Assembly: GCA_964035545.1 (NCBI GenBank)
Contig: OZ037767.1
Span: 13,129,801 to 13,193,800 of the forward strand
DNA from: Bugula neritina
Lineage: Eukaryota; Animalia; Bryozoa
DNA: 64,000 nt
Direction: 5' to 3'
Positions 1 through 20,478 of this stretch are shown here, one piece after another (the stretch's first letter is position 1; every line of letters starts with the position of its first letter). The notes under the pieces are model-generated. The model did not search any database. It was not told the origin of the DNA and worked only from the letters and a program-made list of their open reading frames with translations. A program made the position numbers and the translations under genes.

Positions 1-445
1 CATAGATGCTATATAGAAGCATGCCTCTCTCTCTTCACACCAGTTCATAACACTAGCTTTCTTTCCAGATACAAGTAGTCAGCTTTACATTAATATTTCT
101 GTAATAGATACATTGTAGCTAGTAAAAGAAGTTCTATAGAGGCCTTTATTGAGAACTGCACTCAACGTTTGACTCTCAGTGGTAAATACAATACTTGATT
201 CCTCTTATATTGAAACATAGTTTGTGTTACTGGAGATGAGAACAACTTGCAATAAAATTTAGTTAGAATTACTCTTAGTTTTAAAGCACTACAACTGTTA
301 AAAAAGTTGACTGAAGCCATCATCAGCAAGCTATCAGAAATTCCAGATTAATTCTTTGCACACAATTTGTTATAAAACAAAATTGCGTGAGCATACAAAC
401 CTCAAACAAACCAGAGATGATAGCTAAAATATGCTTTTGAAAATG

Positions 446-563
<118 letters not shown>

Positions 564-714
564 GACAAATAGTCATAAACTAAGTTTTTTCATTCCTATC
601 CTATTTCTGTTTTTTATAATAAGAAATAGTGGGAACACAACACAACATCAAGTCATAGAGATAGGGATAAAGGTAGAGATAAAATCTATAGTCTATGCAA
701 GCAAACAGCTGGTC

Positions 715-837
<123 letters not shown>

Positions 838-2453
838 ATGGATTGAGCATAACATTTAAAATTGCTTATACAATGTGGTGTGTCCACATAAACTCAAACC
901 CTCCAAAAAAACACCAGTGAGATTATTTCTTATATTTGTTCAAGGAAAGACTTTAGGAGTTATCTTATTACGAAACTAATACATTATGATATTACATGTC
1001 AGAAAGCAGTACCGGAAAATAAATTTACCAAAACAATTTACAAGCAATAGGGTATTGCTACACACTCTATATATAAGCTTGCATTCTACGAATGGATTTT
1101 TCATTTGATGTATAGAAACAGTTGCATCTAATGAAACCCCAACCGAAAATTCATTTGCATAATTCGAAGCAATGGCAATGGTGACATATACTAACAACAG
1201 TAAAGACAAAAGCAAAAATATACAAAAGAAGCTATTTTTTAATTTAATCCATTAATATGTGACTATTATAGTGACTAATATTATCAATCAACATTATTTG
1301 TGATGCATTATAAGCCTACTCAAAGTCTTTGATATGATTCTGTTATTTAGGTGAGCAACTTAGCATATTCATATAGTGCCTAGTTACTCACCTTGGCATA
1401 GATTTGATGTTTTATAAATATATTTCAAACTCATGCAACCAATCTACATTCAGAAGCAGAAAAACATTTCAGCTTTAAAGTGCTATAAGAAATAAACAAA
1501 TACCCAACTTGTTTTGTAACCTGCCAATGACTGAGAGAATATATTACACTGTTTAGGGTATTTCAAACTCAGTCCTAACCAAAATAATGAGCTAATAACA
1601 TGTGGGGAACATTTAAATAAATTCACACTATAAGGCCCGTTTAAAATCACTTGAACAAGCTTAATTTATGTTTGACATTTTAACACTGCGTATTGGCTTA
1701 TAGTTTTTGTTTTCACTGTGAAGTTTTATTTCCACATTCATCACAGAAATCTTGTTAAAATGATTAGCAATTATAAACAAAATCACCCACCCTAAATTTT
1801 ATACAAATTAGTAGGTTGTTGATAAGGTATTTTGTCATCTGATGGCATTAGCCACGAAGTTACATAATTGTCTGGCTGTACCCTCTCGTTCTAGCATTGT
1901 GAAAGTATTTCATGTCCCATTTGTGTTGAGTAAGAGGGATTAATTATAGTTTTGTTTCCAAACTAGTTTAGTGTCTCAACTTCTCACAGTGAAACTCTTA
2001 TCAACTAAAAGTTATTCTAAAAGTTAATTTATAGGCTGATGATTTCAGAGAGCAAATGCATGTTATAAATACTCTTGCCTAATAATGAAATGTTACATAA
2101 TCATTTGAATTGCATGTTAATTATGTGAATAAAGTGTAGATATGATCAGTGACTGCACCTGCATATACAAACATGCAATTATTTATGGTGAAATAGTGTT
2201 AGTTTGCAAGCATTAGTGATATATAAGAGGGGAGAGGCTAGTTGATCATTTATACTAGCAATTTGTGTTATAAAGAAAGTGTATGTGAATAATGGTATGT
2301 AAAGAATATGTAAATAACTACCTAAATATAGTCATAGTTGTTTCTAGTGAGATTCAAAAATAAAACAGTTTACAGTAACAATTTTTTTTAAAAAGAATTT
2401 GCTTTAGATATAATCAAAGCAGATAAACAAACAAGCTGTTAATGAACAGCTAA

Positions 2454-2700
2454 TATTATATTATATTATATTATATTATATTATATTATATTATATTATA
2501 TTATATTATATTATATTATATTATATTATATTATATTATATTATATTATATTATATTATATTATATTATATTATATTATATTATATTATATTATATTATA
2601 TTATATTATATTATATTATATTATATTATATTATATTATATTATATTATATTATATTATATTATATTATATTATATTATATTATATTATATTATATTATA
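2454..2700. repeat. (TATTA)n pentanucleotide microsatellite
   Basis: About 250 bp perfect run. Confidence 0.97.
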
Positions 2701-3184
2701 ATAAAACATGAGTTAAAACTTGGTAAATAGGTAGGTAGTTGATGGATTTCATAATTAATATGACATAAATTCCTTGTTTATTTCCATACCTGAGTAAATG
2801 AACAATATTTGGGTGAAAAGCATTTATTCATAGGTTTTTAGTATTTTTCTATAATTTTACAGTGCATATTTAAACTTGAAATAATTTTTATAAGCATGAA
2901 TTTATTCACTTGCTTTTACTATTTTCCTAAGCAGCTTATTTTTAAGACACTAACAGGAAATACAGCATTTATTGGTTCCATGGTTCAGCATGCAGCATTT
3001 TTAAATATATATATATTTACTTTCAGTGCGTCAACTGCTTATGCTATTTCACACTCACATGTATATAATATATAAATGCATCAGCTTACTATAATTTGAT
3101 TATTTACAACTTGGCTTTTAACAATTAAGCTGTTCACCACTCAGGTGACGTTTATTAAAGAAAGACAATATAGATTATTTAGAA

Positions 3185-3410
3185 GGGAGCAGCTTTGATC
3201 TAGGGGTTAGAGCGTTTGCTTAGTAAACAGGAAGTCATAGGTTTGATCTTGGTAAAGGCCATTGGTGATGTTAGGAAGAGCATATAGTCATAATTGCTCC
3301 TGTGCCCTATCTAAATAAGTCCTTAGCCCAATTTAACAATAAACCTTTTCATCATGAGTTTTCTCACAGGGATGGTGATTATTGTATATATAAACTTGTA
3401 TGCATGAGTG
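3185..3410 (+). mobile_element. tRNA-derived SINE, copy 1
   Basis: GGGAGCAGC...TCTAGGGGTTAGAGCG head (A-box-like) and a decayed B box. The body TTAGGAAGAGCAT..AGTCATAATTGCTCCTGTGCC...AAGTCCTTAGCC is shared with five other copies in the window. Confidence 0.85.
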
Positions 3411-3722
3411 AGTATACAGGAGATCATTGACGCAACATCTAGCTTTTGACAGACTATCACCTAATTGACTTGTTTCCCTTTCAAATTTATCCTTAATTAC
3501 TTAAAACTTTACAATGATTAGAAATGGCATCTTTGTTCACAGATATAAACTGCATTCAAGTTTGGAGGTGCAGTAATGGAAAAATTAAAAATAGCCTCCA
3601 AACCAAAACTTATTAATGAAATTGAAAAACTTGGGCTATCTCAGTTTTTACATTACTGCTTCTAACTGTAATTTTCAGCATGATTTCAGTCACTATCAAA
3701 CTTAACCTTTAAAATGTTTTAG

Positions 3723-10342
<6,620 letters not shown>

Positions 10343-11097
10343 GCGCTTCTTCTACAGATTGCATTTTCTAGAAATATTGTGTGGTTTACTCACCTTCTGT
10401 AGAATGTTTTTATCTAAAAGCAACTTATGGGAGACAATAGATACTTTTTATCATTGAAACACTTTTGTTGCTAATTAGTTAAAAGGTTCATTTTAGCTGT
10501 TGTAATTTCTTAGATTATACTTTTAATAAATTTCATGCATATTTAGTGAAGAGCACATAATTAATTTGTAAAATTACACAAATTATTCTGATTTGTAAGA
10601 ATATTTTATTAGATTGTAAATCTTTCAAAGCCAGAATTATAATTTATAAACTATATGAACGACTTCAAATGAAAGCTAACTTGTACATGATACTACTGTG
10701 TTCTGGTGTGCTATGTGGTGATTACTGCTTGTTATTACAAGAAGACAAAAGCTTAATATAACATTTTACATAACATCATGACTTACATTGGCAATACAAA
10801 ATATTATCACGAAACTATTAAACAAAACCAAGTTGCAAACATACAACACATAAACTAGCATCACATAGAATCATAGAGCAAACTTCAAACCAAGTATTTG
10901 TGACTAAATTGCAGTTGAATAGAAAGTTTGTTGCTTTATTTTGAAAACACTTTTAGAAAATCCTATATAAACATAAGCAAAACACTTTTGCTAAAATATT
11001 TTACTTGGTGACTGTAGGACAAATAATGCAAAGGTTGCGATGTAAGTAAAGCTTAGTAGATTCGTGTTGCCAATGTGTAACTCATAAGTAAGACAAT

Positions 11098-11236
11098 AAT
11101 ATCCTATAAGCTTCAGATTATGTCAAATATTTTATAACATCTACTGATACATTTGTGTGTGTGCGTGTGTGTGCGTGCGTGCGTGTGCGTGCGTGTGCGT
11201 GTGCGTGTGCGTGTGCGTGTGCGTGTGCGTGTGCGT

Positions 11237-11286
<50 letters not shown>

Positions 11287-12596
11287 TGGTATGTGTGTAG
11301 TGTGTGTGCGTGTGCGTGTGAGTGTGTGTGTGTGTGTTTGTGTAAAGAAAGGTGGGGCTACAAGCAGTATAGGAGATGGCTTAAAATAGCAGCTACTATA
11401 CAGTCAAAATTTGTATGCAGCAACAGTATTAGCAGTAGCATTAGTGATATTATTAGTGCTAGTGCATTAGTATTATAGTATTGATGTTGGTATTAGTATT
11501 AGTGTTAGTACCAGTGTTAGTATTAGTAATAGTGCTAGTGTTAGTGACTTAGCGTTGGTGCTAAAGTATTAGCATCAGCATTGACGTTTATATAGTATAG
11601 AAATCAGATTTAAATATAAAGTATTGACCATTTAGCTTTATATTATACATAAAGTGTTCAAATCGAAGGTAGCATTATATATAATGATTGTCAAATCAGG
11701 AAAAGTATTTTATCATTTGACTTATCTTATGGAGATCTAATGATGTGAGCAATGTGTTCCTAAAAGACTTTTTCGTGTCTTTATTCTTGTCCGATCATCT
11801 CACATAAATGGAATGCGGCTGTTTGATCACATATTAAGATAACATTGAAATTATCGTCACTTTTGATTTAACTATCTGCATGCATGTGGAAGACTAAATC
11901 AGTAGCTGATTCGTATTCATGTGAATTTTTTTTGAATTTTCACAATGTTGTCTTGTTTCATCATAACATAGCTATAATACCAAATGTATCTTGCACGACT
12001 GCAGCATAGTTTGTTATTCTTGCAACGGCAAAACTTCCTAACATTCGGAAATTTTGAACTAAGTATAAATTATATCGTTTTCCTGCAAAGAACACAACTA
12101 ACTTAGTGCCTATAAGTAGTTGAACATTGCAGCCGACATTGTACAACATATAAGCCAATGACAGTTTTAACTTTTCATCATGAAAGCTCCATGTTCGGTT
12201 GTTCACAAGCAAACAAGCTAGAATTATCTATCTTGGGTGATTGTGTTACTTTTGAATTACATATAAGGCTGCCAACATTTGCCAAATATAAGACTACTTT
12301 TGTCTTCTACGTTGCTTAAAAGAAACTAACTCATACCTTTCACTGGCACATCTAAGGTCAACGTACAGAACCAAATTAATGAACTCTGCCAAACTTCTAA
12401 CTCTAGTGACTCTAAAGCTACCAGCTATGAATGTGAAGATTATTAATCAGCAACACACACACAACGCACACACACGCACACACGCACACACACACACACA
12501 CGCACACACGCACACACACACACACGCACGCACACACACAAATGTATTAGTAGATGTTATAAAATAATTGACATAACCTGAAGCTTATAGCATATT
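11098..12596. repeat. Inverted repeat pair (about 55-bp unique arm plus TG/CA microsatellite) enclosing about 1.1 kb
   Basis: 11098-11153 aatatcctataagcttcagattatgtcaaatattttataacatctactgatacatt+(TG)n matches the reverse complement of (CA)n+aatgtattagtagatgttataaaataattgacataacctgaagcttatagcatatt (12453-12596), with few mismatches. Confidence 0.85.
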
Positions 12597-13350
12597 CTTG
12601 TAACCTATATTGAACTTATGTAAGAGCATATTATTTCATTAACTCTTTTGTCATATTACTGCGTTTGCAATATCTGAACTGGTGGAAACAATCAATCTTA
12701 TATCATATTGTAAATATGTGACATGCTACTGTTGTATGTAAGATATAGTATTGCACATGTACTTAAACCTAATACTACTAATCCATCCTATATATTACAG
12801 TACTTGTGCAAGTACTGTAAATAAGAGGGCAAACTCAGGCCACTAAAAACAGGCCAGATTCTACTTACAAGTGTGCCCTTTGCAACAAAGACTGTCAATC
12901 ACACATTGGTCTACACTCTACACAGTCACAGGCGTGCTGCTCAACCCTCTCATAGGGTGTATTCCATGGTCGAATCGACCAACTACTACTGTAAATAAAT
13001 AAATAAATATATATAGATATATAATGCTATGGTTGCATGTAGTACTTGACCATAACCTGTACATGCACGTACTCTTTGGTGATAAACTAAATCACTGTTT
13101 ACATTGCTGTAAACTCATGAACACTACAAAATAAAGGCATTTAATTGAGAATGTTGCTAAGTTTTCAGTACATAAAAGGCACTTCAAAATTAGTTCCGCC
13201 TTACTCGGGGAAGCAAAGCACACCTTATAGACATCAACTATATGTGATCTTATTGGATAGTTTGCCATCTTCTATTGTTCTACTGTTGCTGGTACAATGT
13301 TGGCTAAGATCAGTATTTCATTCTAGAGTGTGTCTTAGTGAAGTAGCAAG

Positions 13351-15540
13351 ATGAAGGCTGTGCTGGGTATGTTAAAATGTTATATAATACAAACAGTAGA
13401 TAAGAGCTATTTATATTAAATGCTGATAATTAGGGCGCTTTCGGATTAAACTTATGCATAATTTGTTTTTAATAGACTGGAGCTTTTGTTATTGTAGTTT
13501 TATGTTCGCATATAGATTATTGATGTTTTAGTGTGGATAGTGTATTGTGAAGAGACCGTTTATAATATTTTACAATATGAAGCAGTTATTTTTCACGATC
13601 ATCTAAGTTTTGGAAAAATTAATTCAGTCATTCTAAGTCAAAGACAACAGCTGATTTGTAAAAGAAGTTGTGATAATATAAATCTAGTATAAGAATAGCA
13701 AATTAAAATGAAATAGACCATAAAGACCAAAAAATATTATTTTGGTTTATTTTCAAATTTTTTCATAACATATTTCTTCTTCTGGCACAAGCTTATAGTC
13801 ACTATCTCTGTGAGAAGCCCTGACGGGCTAAGGACTTATTCAGATTGGGCACAGAAGTAATTATGATTAGATGCTCTTCCTAACATCGCCAATAGCCTTT
13901 GCTGGGGTTAGAGCTCATGACTGTTTATACTAAGCCAAACGCTCTAACCCCTAGACCACAGCTGCTCTCCCCCCCCCCCCCCCCCCATAACATATTTACT
14001 ATTGCTGAAAGCAATCTATAATAAAACTCTTGTCACAACCAGCATAGACCCATCACATCAAATACAGCAAATACAGTAGCAAATACAGTGGCACATGTTA
14101 ATTGACCACCATTGTGTCTGTTGTAAAAAAATCGATTTCTATATTTATATATTGTCTAATTTTGTTTTCGGCATCCTTACATTTATATATTATGCTTTTT
14201 GTTTCTGGTGCCAACTTAGATCTTCAGAGGTTTTACCTAACTTAACTTGAAATATAATAGAGAAAATAAGACTAATTATCATTACTACACGAGTTTAGAG
14301 CACTTTTAATAACTTTTTCTGAATCCCTTTAGTGTGTAATTTTATTGTCATTTATTCATATTGGTATTTGCAAGTTATACTAATACAATTATAAACTTAG
14401 ATCAGCATAAAAATTAGGTTGTGTTGTGAGCATGCAGCAGAGCTCTGGCTAATACAGATTTGCTGACTAAAAGTTATGAATGATTATGATGTTATCTTGA
14501 AATGAAAAAAAAATACTTTTTGTGTGATAATTATAATATAACAATAATAGATATAATATTATAATATTTCGGTTCATATTTCAGGTTGTGAAATAATTTT
14601 AGTTGCAACTACACTTTCTTAATTACGATAATTATTGAAAAGTAAAAGTGTCAAGAATATATATTTCTATCATAACTTAAAATATGAATGTTCTTTATAC
14701 TGTATAATGAACAGTTGTTTTATATGCAATTACATAATTTATGAGAATTACAATGAATTTTGTATGATTTGCTCTGCTACTCCAAAACTAGCAAAGTGCA
14801 TTCTGTTAACATTTACTGAAGAAATTTATATCAGTCCAGGGCTGAAGCTTTTTTGTAAATACTTTAATAAAAACTCACGGAAGCATATTGTTATATTCTG
14901 CAATATTACTTGCTTTGTGTTTTGCTAGTACTTATATACTGTATATCACTATATTATTCCAGGACTAGCACTGTGCGCCCTGCTAAGTTACTGCTATGGA
15001 GGTGTCGTAGAGCCAAACTGCAACTGCGAAAACCTCCAAGAGTTGGTTCAAGAGCAGCAAAGCGAAGTGACAACTCTTCAATTGCAAGTTAAAGCTCTGA
15101 AGCAAATCAGCAAAAACCAACAGGACTCCTTTGTTACTCTAATGCATGTTGTAAGTTCAAATGTACTGTTGGTAATTGTAGGTTAATATATGCACGACGC
15201 AGTATTGCCAGGGTAAAGCGTAAGTATCATAAAGGGTTTGCTAATAATATGCTTCAAGCATGATAGAGTTATTATGAGCGCAGCATAGTCACATAACAAG
15301 AATTAAAATGTTTTATGCAAAATACCGTAAATAATTTAATACACAAAGTTGCAATACATAAAGGATTATAAAGTAGAAATAGACGTATACATAGTCCGTG
15401 AGTATTTTCATCATACAATGTAGAAATGCAAAAAGATATGAAAGGGTTTCGCGAGTAAACTGTACTCATTATTTTGATTTTTATATCTCCAGGCACCATT
15501 GTGTGTGTCGTGTGCGTGTGCGTGTGCGTGTGCGTGTGCG

Positions 15541-15577
<37 letters not shown>

Positions 15578-18500
15578 ATTTGTGTGTGCGTGTGTATCTG
15601 TTTCATAAAGTATATTACGATTACCAAATACATTTTAATCTGCAATTGTCATTGAAAACTTTCAAAACAGTAGCACATAATTTCATATCAAGTACTTCAA
15701 CCAGTAGTCTCAGCCAGTATTTACTATCAGGCTATAAATTTGTATAAAATGAAATTAGAGTCATTTTGAAAGTAATTTTACAGCTGCTCAATGGACAACC
15801 CCCCAAGCCAGAGATCCTGGAAGAAGTTGATGATGACTACGTGGAAAGCTTGATAGACAGCCTCTGTACATTTGGTAAAGCTACTACTGTAGTCAACAAA
15901 CTATTATATACACTTTAAAATAACTGGTAGCAGTTTGTGCAATCAATACTGCATTACTGTAGGTGTTCGAGGAATCCCCGGTAAAGATGGAACCAATGGT
16001 AGAGATGGCAGAGATGGTGATGATGGGAAAGATGGTGCAAACGGCCGTGACGGTCAGTAGTTGTTTATTACATTATCTATTTAAAGGAATATAAAATTCA
16101 AACCTTTATATGATATAATTCATGTTTTAAATAATTTTTACTTCATGGAATATACATAATATAATTGCAATAACTCAAGTCTGTAATTGTTGAAACATTG
16201 CATTAACTTGCCATGCATGCCATGTATCTAGAACTTCCTTTTAGTTACAATAGCATACTATACTTTATTTGTAGCTGAAGTTGCATTTCCTAACTACTTT
16301 AGCTTGTCATGTCCGTATATGATGCTTCTATTTTTGCTGCGATGATATACATAAATGTAGTTAATCTCTGGAAAGTTACATATACGAAAAACTGCAAAAT
16401 TTTATTGATATATTCAGTAGTTTTTAGAGTATTGATCTATAGTAGCTTGAAAAGCTTTATTTAGTATGTTTATCTCTTGAAATAAAAGTTTAAGAACATA
16501 ACATACTAATAATTTAATTATTTATGAACAATAACCCTCTAGTGAGTCGAATTAAATTTGCACAATAAAATTTTCTGAAATAATAAACTCTATAATAACG
16601 GTACTGATTTTAGGGAGAGACGGGTTACCAGGACCTTCAGGATTTTCAGGACCTAAAGGTGCTGCTGGCCTTCCTGGAGCTGATGGCAAAGTCGGTGCGC
16701 CTGGCGCTCCAGGTGCTCCAGGTGCTCCAGGTGTGAATGGTGCAAAGGGAGAGCCCGGAAGGACCGGAACTCCTGGAGCTCCTGGAATCGAGGGTCCCAG
16801 AGGATTAAAGGGTGCAGCTGGAGACGTAGCTGCTCTTGAATCTGGTGCTGTGTATACCAGATGGGGAAAGACTTCCTGTAACTCAGTCTCAACTAAAATC
16901 TATGAAGGTGAGTTGCAATATTCAGATGTAAATGTGTTATATTAGCTTTAGGATTTTTTAATTATTTATTTATGTATATGAAGACCTTCTGGTTAGCTAG
17001 GAGGTCAGTGGGAAGTAACTTAACTTCCTGTTTTAATTGACAAGTAAAGCTTGGCCTCCAGATTAGAGTACTCATCAGCTGGTAGTATTTTTTAGTTTAG
17101 GATCTCGGGCAGAGCAAATTCATTAGCTCATCCTAACACATTCTTATTATATCTCTTAATTCATTCACAATCTTTCTAAATACGGCGAAGTTTCTTCATC
17201 AATAAAGCATAGACTCACTCTATTCTACACATACTTATATAGTCTATAGCTATTACACAAGCCACACCTACACTATACTTAATTTGAATGCTGCGGCTAT
17301 ATTTAATTTATTGGTAGTTGTGCTCTCTATGAACAACAGCAAGAGAAGGTAACTGACAAATTCATAACTACAGTTCAATGCTTTATTTCAATATGGATCA
17401 GTGCCATTGTTACTTTGAATTTTCTTTCAATTAGTGATAAAACATGACTCTTTTATTATCAACTGTCGCATAATATCAAAATTAAGCAGTTATATGTTGT
17501 GTAGGATTATCACATATATATTGACCTAATTGTTATATAATTCTATGCTTACTGTGTCCTATTATGCATTTTATTTATTAAACAATAACTTTGCTAAACT
17601 AGATAATAATATATATTGGCAAATGTCAAATTAGCCAATTAATGTGGTGCCTTCTTCATAATAATATATATTTTTAAAAATGAAATACACATGGAAAGAG
17701 CGCATTGTATCTCATTACAGTTTCATAAAAAGCCAGAAGTTATAGACCAACCATTAGCTTATACCAAGGTTTTATTTTCTGCATTTTTATGCAAAGATAT
17801 ACATTTTTTGTAAATGTAGTCTGTAGACTGTATAATACAGATAAGAAATTTACTATTAATTTTATGTTTGACATATTAATTACCCAGTGTTTGGATTTCG
17901 AGGACAACATGTTCAGTCTCATTATCATGAGAAGATAGTGTTCCCAGGTTGTAGGTCAAAGTTTGTAGGTGATAGGTCATAGGGTACAAAATTAAATTCA
18001 CTTCAGTTTTCCAGTATGATGCCTTCCCACATGCAGGTTTTGCTGGTGGCACTCTGAACACCGATAGAGGCGGCGGTGTAGACTACTTGTGTATGCCAAG
18101 CAACCCGGAGTACAACAAGTACAGTACTGTCCAGAAGCCCTGGCATGGTTCATGGATCAGTGGTGCAGAGTACCAGAGTTCAGCCTACGGAATATTCTCC
18201 AGCAACGCCAACGACCAGAATGTACCTTGCACTCGTTGCTATACCGGCACCAGAGCAGCTGTAATGATGATTCCAGCTAAGAGAACTTGTCCAACTGGGT
18301 GGACTGAGGAATATGAAGGTAGATAAATTGTCAAACTGATCTAACTAGTACCTCTAAGTTAGTTAATACGAATGCAATAATCTCATAAACCTGTGAAGTA
18401 TGTTTTTTTTATATTTTAGCCCCAATTTTCATTACTCAAGTGCTGGGTATTATTTTCTAGCTTATACCAGTGCCTATAAACTGGTAAATATAAATACAAT

Positions 18501-18939
18501 AGTCTGCTAAAACCTGTGAAATATTCTTTACGTTTTAGCATCAATTCTATATTACTCAAGACGTGTTGACATTTTATTTTCCAGCTATTGGTTTTTATGG
18601 ACAGCGCTACTGTGGCCATATACTTTTAATGCAGTTTTTATAGAATGAAGTTACTACAAGCTTATATAAAATTAGATTTTTTCTTAGACAAGATTCTTGG
18701 TACAGAATAGATGTTTTTGTGTCTTAGGTTATCTAATGACTGCCCACTTTGGCCACGCCCACCCAGCGACTTACGAGTGTGTTGATGCTAATCCGCAGTA
18801 CATCAGAGGTCTGGAAGCTGATAACCGTGGAGCTCTGTTCTACTTTGTTAAAGCTGACTGCTCCAACTGCGGGACGACTGGCCACTGCCCACCTTATAAT
18901 GACAAGAAAGAGATAACCTGTGTCGTATGCACCAAGTAA
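13351..18939 (+). CDS. Secreted short-chain collagen (C4/spongin short-chain-related C-terminal domain), about 390 aa
   Basis: Exons 13351-13366, 14963-15150, 15784-15874, 15963-16052, 16614-16907, 18037-18318, 18728-18939 are phase-consistent (1173 nt). The product has a signal peptide MKAVLGLALCALLSYCYG, a CNC motif plus heptad coiled coil, and 34 uninterrupted Gly-X-Y triplets. The C-terminal domain reads GAVYTRWGKTSC...GGGVDYLCMP..P.Y...GAEY...NVPCTRC...MIPAKRTCPTGWTEEYEGYLM...YECVD...CPPY..KEITCVVCTK. Confidence 0.9.
13786..13970 (-). mobile_element. tRNA-derived SINE, copy 2 (collagen intron 1)
   Basis: Reverse complement of the copy 1 body and head. Flanked by the direct repeat cataacatattt, with a poly-C run at the head end. 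Confidence 0.85.
15500..15596. repeat. (TG)/(TGCGTG)n microsatellite
   Basis: Visible run; explains the CV/RV-repeat ORFs. Confidence 0.95.
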
Positions 18940-19766
18940 TACTCTCGTTAGCTACTAAACAACTATTTTATATAATTTTCAGATGGCTCTCTTCTTTAAA
19001 TCGTTTGTTGGAGGTTTTAAAAAGATTCTTTTTGCTGGACGACTCTTTCCAACAATCACTTATAACATCATTCAAATTTTCATCTATAATTTAAGTTTAG
19101 CATTTTACCATCATATAAATTGTAATAACTTTATTGTTTCAGTCTAATTACAATATGTCATATAATAATAATTATAATTTTGTTTTTAATTTTGCTTATC
19201 CAACTATATTTTAACTATACTAAGTTTGGGTTTCTGAGAATAATGACTAATCTTTGAAATTGCTCACTAAATCACTTATTTCCTTATATGTATTTATATT
19301 GTACCAAATATACTCTCTGCTTACATAACCTATACGTATGTGCACAATACTGACATACTGGTTAATTTACAGCAAAGTCACAGCTACTTGACAAAAATTT
19401 GATGGCATACAAACCCAATAAAATAATCATCAGATTTTGTTACTTCCCATTTTGCAGTTAGTAATTGTTCAAGCAAACAAAAATAAAGGTTTACATAATT
19501 GAATTGAAGGAACAGGTTATTACAATAGCTATCAGCCATTGGTGCAGCATGAAAAATTTGTATAATAGTTTAGTACTAAACTAATGGAATGTTAGAATCA
19601 CTTATGCAGCCCGATTTATGGCATTTCTATATCTAGAAAGCTGATGGTTTATTTGTATAGCAATAGTTGGGCCTGAACCACTTGTATATGGTATAGCCGT
19701 AATTATAGGTAAACTAACATGAAAATCACAAATTCCAGGCTTGGTGAAGTTAAGTATAAAACAATT

Positions 19767-19838
19767 TGTGCCCACTGGGGTTCGAACCCGAGACCTCTGC
19801 CTTGCAAGCAGATGTGCTAACCATTATACCAAGGATCC
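19767..19838 (-). pseudogene. Degenerate tRNA-like sequence (GCA/Cys-type anticodon loop); tRNA pseudogene or head of another SINE
   Basis: Minus strand GGATCCT TG GTAT AATGGTTA GCAC A TCTGC TTGCAAG GCAGA GGTC TCGGG TTCGAAC CCCAG TGGGCAC A. The A and B boxes and the anticodon stem are good, but the acceptor stem has 3 mismatches and the D and T stems 1 each. Confidence 0.6.
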
Positions 19839-20478
19839 ACTGGGTTAACGCAGCACTATAATATAAGATTATAACGCAACTGTACATTGTGTCATATATA
19901 GAAACAATGAGTCATGCTTACAATGAGTCATACCATCTTGCAGACGATCCTATTGTCTCACACAGTTACAGTACAATACTATTGTATATCTAAATAGTTT
20001 ATATGATAGTTTTTCTTCTTATCTCCCTCCTTGTTAGCCACTAGTCTTTATGTGTGAATATATTATTTATATCATCACTGATGTCATCATTGCATGCATA
20101 ATGTCACAATATGAGGAAACCCATTGCATGCCTTATAAATAAGGGCTTCTCATATACATTTACACAGTGCAGTTGTAGGAAATTTGCTAAACTCTTTCCT
20201 GCGTGTACTTATAAATTACAATCAAGGAAAGTGAACAGGTGCATGCTGTAAGTTGCCAACTTCAGTAAATATGCAGCAAGGAAAACTGTCCTTCTGTAAG
20301 ACACAATAAAAACACCTGAAATCAAGTGTCAAATAAAACATTTAATTCTTGAATTAGGCAATGTTACCTACTTTAATTTAGCTGTAGTCCTTATAACCTG
20401 CTAACAGGAAAGCTACTCTGAGAGAAATGTCAAAACTCGACACTTTACATTCTGATGAGTCATCAGCAATATTTCAAT

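Noticed and set aside
976-1215. Minus-strand ORF with a signal-peptide-like start
   Set aside because: Non-ATG start, no recognisable domain and no supporting splice partners.
11153-11478. CV/RV/AC-repeat ORFs (also 12379 and 15398-15747)
   Set aside because: TG/CA microsatellite translations.
19654-20166. Possible solo LTR (TGT...ACA) around the tRNA-like sequence
   Set aside because: No target-site duplication and no second copy in the window.
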